64,000 nt of DNA from Prorocentrum cordatum. Taxonomy: Eukaryota. Position 1 is the stretch's first letter. Every line of letters starts with the position of its first letter. Below are positions 39,021-49,673 of this stretch, piece after piece. A program made the translations under genes and the position numbers. The notes under the pieces were generated by a model. That model ran no database searches and was not told where the DNA came from. It was given only the letters and a program-made list of their open reading frames with translations. The stretch is taken from NCBI GenBank assembly GCA_963575745.1, contig CAUYUJ010000284.1:1-64000 (forward strand), read 5' to 3'.

Positions 39021-39659
39021 CGAGAGGAGCAGCTATGAAAAACAGAGATTGCGAAGAAAGACCCTGCCTACAAAGCTAAGATCAAGTACGTCCACGCCCT
39101 GTCTACATCCGCCCTACCTTCAACCATCACATATGGAACCCAATGACAACAAAGACAACAGCTTCATAGCCAAGAAGTCTGCGGAACCGTACCGAGCAGC
39201 AGTCGTGCTGCCAAAGACCAACACGCCGACACTCCATCACACGGCCAAAGAGGTCATTGGTGCTACGGGCGTTCCCGACTTCTGTACTCATCAGCGAGCT
39301 GCGAGACATACGTACAGTCCGCGCATGTTTAACCACGCCCCACGTATACCACTTCGTCTGCTCGATGCTACAGCATCAGTACGACATGGATGGGTGGACA
39401 TACTGAAGGCCGATGTCATATTCCTGCACAAATACCTCAGACCTGAAAGATGGCCCACACACAACCGATCTGACGCCGACATCATCTCGTGGGCCAGGAG
39501 TACGCCTAAATAATTCAACGGGGCCGTGGACACCGCCATCAAGGCCTTCATCCGACATGCTGGCGACGAGGCCAAAACAGATCGGACCGACCAGATGTTC
39601 GGCATACATCAAGCCGATGGCGGAACAAATACTACGACCCCCACGATTTCTGGACCATA

Positions 39660-40095
39660 CGTATGCTACCTCTGCGAGCGTATCACCGCCACAAAGCAGG
39701 GCATGTAGAGAACCGAACGCTATACACCGACGCCTTTGTCTGGCCTCACACTGAATCTCGCACAGGGAAGCGGATCCTGGTGTATACGGGATCTTGGTAT
39801 CTTGGTTTACCCAAGAAAACGAAGAAAAAGGTATACACCACACCACCCCGACGTCGTCCCCGACCCTCAACAGAGTCCTGGGATTGAAAAACCGCCCGCC
39901 ACTGGCATTGTATATATGTCCCAGTTTCCGACATGCTACCCCTGCGAGCGTATCACCGCCACAGAGCAGGGTATGGCCATCCACATGGGCAGGGACCACA
40001 AGCACTACGACGACCCCCTGGACTGGGCCACGGGCACAGCCTGTCGCTGCTGCCAGACGGACTTCCACTCGAACCCAAGACTAGTCAAGCACCTC
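39660..40095 (+). pseudogene. C2H2-type zinc-finger region
   Basis: CYLCERITATKQGM* (truncated), CYPCERITATEQGMAIHMGRDH (Cx2Cx12Hx4H), CRCCQTDFHSNPRLVKHL. Confidence 0.75.
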
Positions 40096-40361
40096 AAGAT
40101 CAGCAGACGCCTGGCACAGTGCATGTGGCACGGAGCTCACAGAGGATCTGATCACCGAAGACATCACCAAGCACGAAAGGGATCACAACCAAGAACGGCC
40201 GAGAAGGGCGACCAGAAGCATACGGCGACGTACCAGCACATAAGTGCGACGGGACTCCGCTCCCACTCCTCGACTTCTCACCACAACCACCACCCGTTTA
40301 TGCACCACTCGACCCGCACCCCGCACACGTTAACGAACCTCCACCACAGCAACCCACACGA

Positions 40362-40850
40362 CAGTGCATCATCTGCATCGACAACGGCGACGGGAACCAC
40401 ATCACCTTCTTTCAGCACCTCAGCTCAATCGGAGTATGCACGATACGAGGACTTGATCTCATCCACATACCGCTCTACTATGATCGCGACAGCCTTCACA
40501 TACGACGTACGGTGAAACGATTCAAGACGAACATGCAGAAGAGTAATGTTGCGGGTAACTAGGCTGATTTCCCATGGACGACATGGAGAACCTCTACAGA
40601 TGACGCTAATCGATGCAGAATCACAGGTGGCAGAAGCATCGACCATCCATGGGAGAGGCCTAGCACTGGAGAACGTACCTACGCTATCCTCGAGCAAGCC
40701 AACGACGACCTCAGGGACATCATCGAGATAGCCCACAAAAAGTTATGGAGCCCCATGACCATTATGCACCCAGCATCAGATAATGCTACGCTCAGAGGCC
40801 TCACCATTTGGAGTACGCCTCAGATGCAGCACATCTTGCACCAAGATGAA
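40362..40850 (+). pseudogene. Degenerate cytosine DNA-methyltransferase-like C-terminal domain
   Basis: Frame-3 manual translation QCIICIDNG...NVAGN*ADFPWTTW...GRSIDHPW...EQANDDLR...IMHP...TIWSTPQMQHIL. Order and spacing follow my recollection of the DNMT-like tail of dinoflagellate LINEs (LFSG / GPPCxTW / RSxxxPW / GNxLL / EHP / SIWxxP). Catalytic positions altered; stop at 40560-40562. Confidence 0.5.
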
Positions 40851-41962
40851 CATCTTAGCGACCAACCACCACGTCGACGGGACTCACCCGACGTATGATA
40901 TACGCGAGCACATCGCCAACTCTCTCGATGCAATGGTGGCCGAACGTTGGGGGATCAGCGAAGCCACAACTCCAACCGACCCCATGGCGCAGCACGAGAT
41001 GCCGCACTACGACACATGCTCCTCGGCCAACGATGGCGGCCGGGATACGACTCAGAGTTCCACGACCATGCCATCGACCTGAGGCACAGCATCAGGAGCG
41101 CCCCCCCCCCCCAAGGAGGAGGGAAGGAGGAGGAGGAGGAGGAGGAGGAGAAGGAGGAGCACGCCCACCTCTGATGACCGCCGCCGCGGCGGCCACCCTC
41201 CGCCCAGGAGCCGGGCCCCAGGACCACGGGCTTCCCCCCCTCATCCTCTGGCCACAGGAGCCTCCTCCCCCCCCCCCTCTGGTCCTGGGCCCGCGCGCCC
41301 TCGCCCGGCTCCCGTCCCCGCCCCCCTCCCCGCCTCGGGCGGGGTCGGAGGTCGCAGCATAGCAGAGCTGCTTCCGCGCCCCGCCGCCCCGCACTGCTGG
41401 ACACCCGGCGGCCCGGCTGCTGGCACTATCCGGGGCGGGGGGTGTCTGGAATGCGGTGCTTCCAGTCGCGTCCAGGATCCTGACCCCCTCTGTGCGCCCC
41501 TGGCCCGTCAAGAGCCGCGGACGCTCTCCTTCTCGTCCTTCGGCCACGCCGCCTCCTCCTCTTCTCCCTGGGGGTCGGGGCCCTCGCCCCTCGCCCGCGC
41601 CGTGTGCCCCTCGGCGCCCCCCCACCCCTCTCGAGAGTCCTGGAGGCATCCTTCCTCTGCCCCCCCCCCCCCGTCCGTCCGTCCTGGCTTCTCTTTTGTT
41701 GGGGCCCTGGGGCCCTGGGGCTCTGGGGCCCTGGGCCCGCGGGACCTGGCGCCCCATGCGGCCCTCGCTGGGCCCTCCTCGGCCCTCGCTCCTTGCCTTG
41801 GCCTCCGGAGGCCTCTCCTGGGCCCCCCCCCCGTGAGCGGGCGCGGCGGGCCCGCCGCGCGCCGCCGCAGCGGCAGTGCCCGCAGCGGCCGCGCCCCCGA
41901 GCGGAGGCACGTGGCCGCCTTCGAGAGGTTCGAAAGGAGGACGAGGAGGACGAGTAGGACTC

Positions 41963-42129
41963 TCGGGCCGGGCGAAAGGAAGGGATAGCCAAGCTGATTT
42001 TCCCGGCACCTCCTGGAGCCAGGAGGCGCCCATGTATCGAGGTGGGCCCGGCGGCGGGGCCGAAACCAGCTGCATGCAGCAAATTTCGCACCCCCCCCTT
42101 CCCCTATCCCCACCTTTCGTTCGGCCCGA
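41963..42129. mobile_element. 167-bp MITE, 5-bp TSD
   Basis: TCGGGCCGGGCGAAAGG / CCTTTCGTTCGGCCCGA; TSD GACTC; same family as 24911-25105. Confidence 0.85.
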
Positions 42130-42379
42130 GACTCCGGGGCAGACACGAGGAGGACGAGGAGGACGAGGAGGACGGGGGAGGGGGTCGCTGCACGGGATGT
42201 CAAAAAAATGCATGGCTTCCGAGCGCCCTCCGGCCCGAGGACTGGCGGCGCCCAGGCGGGAGCGACGCGAGGGGGGCGGCCACGCAAAAGGGGGCGGCGG
42301 GGCTGACTGGGAAGGGAAGGGGGGCTCTCGGCAGCCCGCCCAGCACCCGAGGAAGCCTCCTCAGAAGCCTGCGGGGCCG

Positions 42380-42436
42380 CCTCCTCCTCCTCCTCCTCCT
42401 CCTCCTCCTCCTCCCTCCTCCTCCTCCTCCTCCTCC

Positions 42437-42478
<42 letters not shown>

Positions 42479-42525
42479 GCATCAGCATCAGCATCATCAG
42501 CATCATCATCAGCATCAGCATCATG

Positions 42526-42586
<61 letters not shown>

Positions 42587-42677
42587 GCATCATCAGCATC
42601 AGCATCAGCATCAGCATCATCATCATCATCATCAACATCAGCATCAGCATCAGCATCAGCATCATCAGCATCATCAG

Positions 42678-42743
<66 letters not shown>

Positions 42744-42991
42744 TCATCATCATCAGCATCATAATCAGCATCATCATCAGCATCAGCATCAGCCTCAGCA
42801 TCATCATCAGCATCAGCATCATCATCATCATCATCTCATCATCATCATCATCATCATCAGCATCAGCATCAGCATCAGCATCATCATCCACCTCCTCCTG
42901 CTCCTCCTGCTCCTCCTCCTCCTCCTCCTCCTCCTCCTCCCTCCATTTCCCTCCTCCCTCATCCTTTCTCCTCTTCCTCCTCCCTCCTCCT

Positions 42992-43026
<35 letters not shown>

Positions 43027-43062
43027 CCTCCTCCTCATCTTCTCTTCCTCTTCCTCTTCCTC

Positions 43063-43107
<45 letters not shown>

Positions 43108-43137
43108 GCATCATCAGCATCAGCATCATCATCATCA

Positions 43138-43172
<35 letters not shown>

Positions 43173-43178
43173 ATCATT

Positions 43179-43212
<34 letters not shown>

Positions 43213-43315
43213 GCATCAGCATCAGCATCAGCATCAGCATCAGCATCAGCATCAGCATCAGCATCAGCATCAGCATCATCACCATCATCCTCATCCTCAT
43301 CCTCCTCCCTCCTCC
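42380..43315. repeat. Compound (CCT)n-(CAT/CAG)n microsatellite
   Basis: Direct reading. Confidence 0.95.
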
Positions 43316-43370
43316 TCAGAATCCCCTGCGCCTTCTCAGTAAGCCGCCGCCCTCGTGCCACGCCCTTATG

Positions 43371-43560
43371 TCGGCGGCGAGCGAGGGAGGAGAGGCGGGC
43401 CTTCTCAGAAGGCTCGGACGTCCCCCGGCCTTCTAAGACATGTTCTAAGCCTTCCCCGAAGAGACGGGATTCTCAGGAGGTGCGAGAGGGTTTGTGAAAA
43501 GTCCCGCCCCCTTCTGAGAAGGCCTTCTCCTTCTCACTCCCCCCCTTCGCTCGCCGCCGA
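43371..43560. mobile_element. 190-bp MITE, 5-bp TSD
   Basis: TIR TCGGCGGCGAGCGA / TCGCTCGCCGCCGA; TSD TTATG; internal CCTTCT[C/G]AGAAGG palindromes. Homologs at 62204-62401, ~26489-26770 and ~13585-13772. Confidence 0.85.
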
Positions 43561-44476
43561 TTATGGGCGCCGCGAAGAAAAGATAAGCATCAAGGATCGG
43601 GGCGTCGAGGATCCAGGCTTTTGCCAAGTTGTCCGCCTTTTGGGGCGCTGGGGACGGGGGGGGGCGCGCCCCCTCGCCTCTGACCAGAACACACCCCTGG
43701 AGCCTGGAAAAGTCCGAGGGCCGACTTTGACGAGGACCCTTCGGTTGGGGGCCCCAACAGAACCTTGTGGTGACGGCCCACGTGGTGGCCTCGGAATCCC
43801 CAACGACCTTACCGAGCGGCGGTCCGTTACCGCACCATGTTGGGACCTTGGAGGCACCAGTCGCCCGAGACGTCCTCGGACAACGACCCGAGTCCCAACA
43901 CCGCGCGGTCACCCCAATTCCCCACAGGCACGCGGAGCGAAAAGGCAGTAATGGGCCGGGATAAAGGACAAGGACAAGGACATCCGCAGAAGCGGGTTCA
44001 CGAGGAGGAGGAGGGGAAAAAGGAGAGGAGGGGAAGAGAGGAACGCGGGACGCTGTTTCTTGAAAAAACGAGGACCCAAGACCACAAGATGATTGGGAAT
44101 TCTGCAAAGACGCGACAGCTGGGTCCCCCCCCCCGCACCCCAGACCCCCGACGTCATGACTTGTTCACGACGTCGACACCACAGGGGTCTCGACCCATTC
44201 CCCAAGACAGGCTCTTCATCCTGACTTGTTTGTTGTCAGTCCCGCGGCCCGGTGAGGCCCCCAGAGGGCCAAGATGACGAGAAACTGTCCGTCGTGATTG
44301 CTCCACGAGTCGAAGGGGTCTGGGACTCTCGCTGCGCAGCGCGCCGGAGGGCTCGCGCGCGGCGGCGCGCGGCGGTGCGCGGCGCCCGCGCCCGCACTGG
44401 AGTTCTTGCTGGCGGCGCGGCTGGACGAGAGCTCCTCTCGCCCGGGGGCGCGCACGGCACGGGTGGGGCGCTCGTC

Positions 44477-44643
44477 TGACTACCTACCAGACCACCCCAA
44501 CCCAACCCGAAGACCCGAATTTCGGGTTGGGGGGGGTATGGGCTCCACATGTGTTTTTTCGATGTTCCCGGACCCCCCCCTACTAGAAATCGAGGGTAAA
44601 TCTGAGCCTTCGGGTTGGGTTGGGGTGGTTTGGTGGGTGGTGA
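44477..44643. mobile_element. 167-bp MITE, 5-bp TSD
   Basis: Copy of 1145-1311; TSD TCGTC (44472-44476, 44644-44648). Confidence 0.85.
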
Positions 44644-44869
44644 TCGTCGCCGTCGGTCGGCCGCGAGCCGGGCGCCGTGCCCCAGACCCTCTCGCGCCGC
44701 GAGAGGGTCGCGGAAAAAGAAGGTGCCTGGGGCCCGTCTCGGCCGCGGGGGGGGCCCTCGCCGTGCCCCCAGGAGGCCGCGCAAAAAGTGCTCTGGGCGG
44801 GAAGCTGGTTTCATGTGGTCCCCATCCTACTTCAGGACCGCATCCCAGAGATAATTTCGAGCACCCGGA

Positions 44870-45595
44870 AAAAGTGTCAAAAGAGCGCGTGTGTCGAAAC
44901 AGTGTCGGAACAGTGTCGGGCGAGTGTCTCCCCAGGGCCCGACAAGTGAAAAGTGAAAACCCTTGAGCTTCGGTGCTTCTTGGGCGCTCGAAATTCTTCC
45001 TGGTGGTCAAGGCTAAAATACGTTGGAGCAGCACAAGGCTGGTCCAGGGGAGTGCGCTGGCACATCCCACCGGCTCTGCTGCCTCGAGCCATCGGCGCCC
45101 AGCCCTGCCATGCAGATCTGCCTATGAACATCGTTCAATCGATGCCCATCCCCAGCGGCGTAGCCTGGGCCCCACTGGCCGATTTACCCCCCTAGATGGG
45201 GATATTATAAGCAGTTCCCTTCGAGTTTCGAGGGGTGTTATCCCCAACTGGGGTGGTAATATGGTGGGGATCCCGAAAGGGCTGAGAATGGGGATGGGGG
45301 TCGGTTAAACGATACTCTGCCTAGGCATAACCGGTTCGGTGCTCAGGCATCATTAGCGGGCGAAGAACGGTATAAAAAAAACTGTTCCGTCGTCGGGGGC
45401 GTCTGTCCCTGGGTGGCTGGGAAGTTTTTACCCTTAAAGTGGTAACGTCGGGGTATAAATGTTGCAACCGCCCGGGGGGCAGGCGTCCCCGACGGCGGAA
45501 ACGTTTACTTTAAACCGTTCTTTTCCCCTTGACATATCACCAGGCCGACACGCGCTTCGTGGACGCTTGCCCTGAACAAATCCCTTGACACGTTG
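44870..45595 (+). other. Cluster of three adjacent long imperfect hairpins
   Basis: Stems at ~44981-45101, ~45119-45327 and ~45333-45546; GTGTC repeats on the left and GACAC/GACAT on the right could close the domain. Confidence 0.7.
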
Positions 45596-46319
45596 GCCGC
45601 TGGGGGAGGGGGGGCAGCAACAAAAAATCAGACGCCCAAGAAGAACGCGGGGGGTCCCACCGCACGTCGGCCTCCCTTATAGGGGGGAGCTCCAGAGGGG
45701 GGAAGGGGGTTCGACCCAGGAGGGGGTGGGGCCTGTCCACGGGGGGTCGAAGGCCCCCCACCCAACCCCCGAGTTGCCAGGGGGAGGGAGTTTGAACCCG
45801 ATCCCCCCCCCGCCCGCACAAGGGAGGGGGTTCGAACTGAGGGGGGGCGACCCCCCCTCCCGCTACTACAATCCTACGCAGGCTCGATCTTACCCGAATA
45901 GCACCCTACTACATGTTGACGCAGCTCAAATTTCACCCTACTAAAACTCGACGCAGATCTACAATGGACTCCACTTAAAATTGGATCAAATTGCACGAGC
46001 ATCCTAATCAGGCCTGGTCCAACTCCAATCCAATCCCCCCTCTGTCGGGCGGGTCGGGTCGGGCGAGCGGGATATCAAACGCACGGCGCTCGCATGCTCG
46101 GTCGCTCGCCCGCCCGCTCGAGCAAACGCGCGAGCGCGCGAGTCCAGCGGTTCGGGTCGGGCGGGTGGGCCATTGAATGCACGGCGCCCGTTTGCTCGCT
46201 TGCTCGCTCGCTCGCTCGAGCGAAGGAAGGCGGGGATCCTCTCGCCTGGTCGCCCACTGAAGAAACCATCATTCGCCAAGCAGATCCATATTAGTTCAAC
46301 AAACATGGCATTTTTTGCA

Positions 46320-47405
46320 CACCCGCCTCAGGCTCGCCTGGCAACGGCTCAGCCGCGCCAGGGTCGCCGAGTAGCAGTTCACTGCGCAACTTCCATGGGC
46401 TCCTTTTCTGGTCTAGGACTGAGTATGCCCACTCTTTCGGGCACCCCTGGCCCAGTCCGTCCCCTGCGTTTCGGCGCGTGGTTGGCTATCCTCTTCAGGA
46501 CCTGCCACAACCGACCCACACGGGGCAGGCCGACGCTGTCACGAACGACACATATGTTTCCGACTGTGCGAAAACACCACGCGCACCTCTTGAATGCAAA
46601 GATACACTGTTTCTGGCTGTATTCTGGGACCCCTTCGTACACACCAAAATTGCCAAGAAAATGTCAGGCCAGGCTCTGAAAACCTGCTGTTTTGGCCTTC
46701 GAAGAAAGGACGACACAACTGCCCTCTTTCGTGACACCGCCGGCAACCGCTGCTAAGCCGGGTGCCTGCCCCCTGTTCCTTGAGCGGACTCTAACCACGG
46801 CCCAGGGGTGTAAGCCACCTGACCCATGCTTTAGGCGCTCGTGGACAATCAGACCGCACCTGCGATGCCCCTTTTTGGTAAAACCACCATTGCTACATCT
46901 CCGACTGTTGGGAAAAAACGCCGCACCACCGAAGACGAGTTCCTGGAGAGACGTTCGGCTGACAACTAATCATTCGCCACGCATATCCATATTAATGCAA
47001 CATACAAGTCATTATGTGTACACCCGCTGCAGGCTCGTCTGGCAACGGCTAAGCCGCGCCAGGGTCGCCGAGAAGCAGTTGAGTGCGAAACTTCCTTTGG
47101 TTTCCTTTCTGGTCTAGGATTGGGTATGCCCACTCTTTCGGGCACCCCTGGTCAATTCCGTCTCCTGCGTTTCGGCGTGTGGTTCGCTATCCTCTTCAGG
47201 ACCTGCCACAACCAACCACACGGGGCAAGCCGACGCTGTCACGAACGACACCTCTGTTTCCGACTGTGCGAAAACACCACGCGCACCTGTTGAATGCAAA
47301 GATACACTGTTTCTGGCTGTATTCTGGGACTCCTTCGTACACACCAAAATTGCCAGAAGATGGCAAGCCAGGCTCTGAGAACCTGCTGTTTTGGCCTTCG
47401 AAGAA
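46320..47405. repeat. Diverged direct duplication of ~385 bp (period ~700 bp)
   Basis: 46320-46706 and 47021-47405 align throughout (CAGGCTCG.CTGGCAACGGCT.AGCCGCGCCAGGGTCGCCGAG ... TTTGGCCTTCGAAGAA); flanked by (GCTC)n/(GAGC)n palindromic tracts. Confidence 0.9.
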
Positions 47406-49179
47406 GGAACGAAAAAAACTGAAACGGAGGGTCAGTTCGAGCGGGCGGGATATAAAATGCATGGTGTTCGCTTGCTTGCTCGCTCGCTCGCTCGCTCGAG
47501 CAAGCAAGCAAGCGAGCGAACGAGCGAGGGAAGGACGGTGTCGGTCCCCTCGCTCGCGCGCTCGCTTACTCGAGCAAAAGAAACAGCGAGAGGTATGAGG
47601 TTCATAGTGCACGATCGAGCTCTAAAACAATCCAATCATAGCCAGATCCACATCTAATTGAATCCTGCTCGGGCTCGACCCAGCTCTGAAAAAAATACCA
47701 GGGGCTCGATCCAGCTTCAATCGACAGCTACTGGAGATCGATCGTCCTCGTCGTCGTCCTCCTCGTCGTCGCGGTCATCGTCGTCGTCCTGGTCGTCGTC
47801 CAAGATGTCGTCCTCGACGTTCGACGTCATCATCGTCTTCGTCATCGTCGTCTTCGTCGTAGTCGTCGTCATCCGCATCATCGTCGTCGTCATCGGCGTC
47901 GTCGTCGTGGCTGCCCGACGGCGCCGGCGCTGGCGCTGGCGCCGGTGCTCGCCGTCGTCGGTTGCGGCCCCCCGTGCAATTCATGGGGGAGGGGGCACCC
48001 CTCATCTCGACCCCCCCCCTTGGAAGACGGGTTGATGCGTATTGGGTCAGGATCCTCCTCCTCTCTATCCTCCTCCTCCTCCTCCTCCTCCACCTCCTCC
48101 TCCTCCTCCTCCTCCTCTTCCTCCTCCACCTCCTCCTCCTCCTCCTCCTCCGCTGGGCGCGGGCCTGCGACAGCTTCGCGGTCGACGTGATGCTGCAACC
48201 GAACATGTTCTCCGCCTTCTGCCCGGGCCTGGTGCGCCGTTTTGATGGGCGCGAGCGAGGAGGAAGGACTAGGTCGGCGAGGAGGAGGGAGACCCTTCGA
48301 TCCTGGCGTTGCAATTCTTTCACAATGGGCGTTTTCGCATGGTTTTGGACCTTGGGACCCTCGCAGATCGATTTGGCTCGAAACATGCCGCAGAAAGATG
48401 GGTCCTTGGGGGCTGTGGCCGTGATATTCTACGATGTTGTATTTTTTGTCACGTCGGATCTCAAGGGAAGAGAAGGAGCAGGGGAGGAAGGGCGACGAGG
48501 AGGAGGAAGAGGATCAGGAAGAGCGGGGGGAGAAAGGGGGGGAGGGCAAGCTAGGTGCGCTCGCGTCATATCTGACAGTCTACCCCTCCCGCCGATCCCT
48601 TACCATTGCGGTGATGTTTTCTCTATTCGCAGACGCATATCATAGCGGACCTGGAACTCCCACGAAGTCGCGCTCGGAAGATGGGAGCTGCGTGCACCAC
48701 AGGAGGAGGGGGGAGGAGAAGGAGGTGCCGGATGAGCAGAAAGATAAGCACAAGGAAAAGGAGGATGAAGAAGGGGGAGGATGAGGAGCAGGACGATGAG
48801 GACGAACACCAGCAGCAGATGGAGTGGAAGGAGCAGGAGGAGCAGGAGGGCCAGGAGACGTCAGAGGGGAAGTAGGGGGCGACAACGAGAAAACAAACTC
48901 GGCTCCAGAAACGAGAGCGCAGTTTTGAACGACGGAGACAGAATGCCCATCCAAAAACGATGGCCAAGCTGCAGCGGGATTACCATTCGGAAATTCCAAA
49001 GACCATCGGTTTGCAAAAGAAGAAAGAAGCGCAAGATGAATCAACATCTGAAATCCTGCCTGTATCCCAACCAGTGTCGCTAGCTATCTATGTTGTGCAA
49101 TCTATGTGGGGCAAAACATGTGGTGTAATATATGTAATGCAAGTTATGGTGTGCACTCTATGTGGTGCAGATATTTGTG

Positions 49180-49427
49180 CAATATATATATATATATATA
49201 TAAAAATATAGATGTATATATATTTATATGTGCGTAGAAATACATATATATACATAGACATAGACATAGACATAGACATAGACATAGATATATATATATA
49301 TATATGGAGAGATATACATATACATATACATATAAATAGACATAGACAAAGACATATACATATACATAAACCTATACCTATACTTATACATCTACAGATG
49401 TACACATGTACGTAGACATAGACATAG

Positions 49428-49459
<32 letters not shown>

Positions 49460-49630
49460 GTATATACACATACCTATACATATGCATATACATATGCACA
49501 TGCATATACATATACATATGCGTATACGTATACATATACATATACATGTATTTATATGCATGTACATATATGTACATATACAGATACATGCACAATTACA
49601 TATGGATACGTGTACATCTACATATACCTT

Positions 49631-49673
<43 letters not shown>
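49180..49673. repeat. (TA)n/(TACATA)n microsatellite
   Basis: Direct reading; related tracts at 23090-23160, 24545-24600, 55160-55855 and 57140-57230. Confidence 0.95.

Larger units (their letters stand above)
29860..41100 (+). mobile_element. Decayed ~11-kb non-LTR retrotransposon (LINE): ORF1 / RNase H / APE / RT / ZnF / DNMT-like
   Basis: Continuous A+C-rich segment free of the surrounding MITEs; ordered motifs listed in the sub-features; many stops and frameshifts; (GGA)n on both sides. Boundaries approximate. Confidence 0.85.

Noticed and set aside
45260..45300. Hammerhead or hairpin ribozyme, or SRP RNA, near CCCGAAAGGG-CTGAGAA
   Set aside because: No CUGANGA core with correctly ordered GAAA/UH on either strand, and no convincing hairpin-ribozyme or SRP helix-8 motif found by eye.
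46320..47405. LTR pair
   Set aside because: No TG..CA ends, primer-binding site, polypurine tract, TSD or internal gag/pol; treated as a plain duplication.
48173..48247. Candidate small exon (FAVDVMLQPNMFSAFCPGLVRRFD); similar candidates near 22560-22690, 50597-50720 and 63135-63190
   Set aside because: Codon-like composition but no recognisable homology or confirmable splice pattern.
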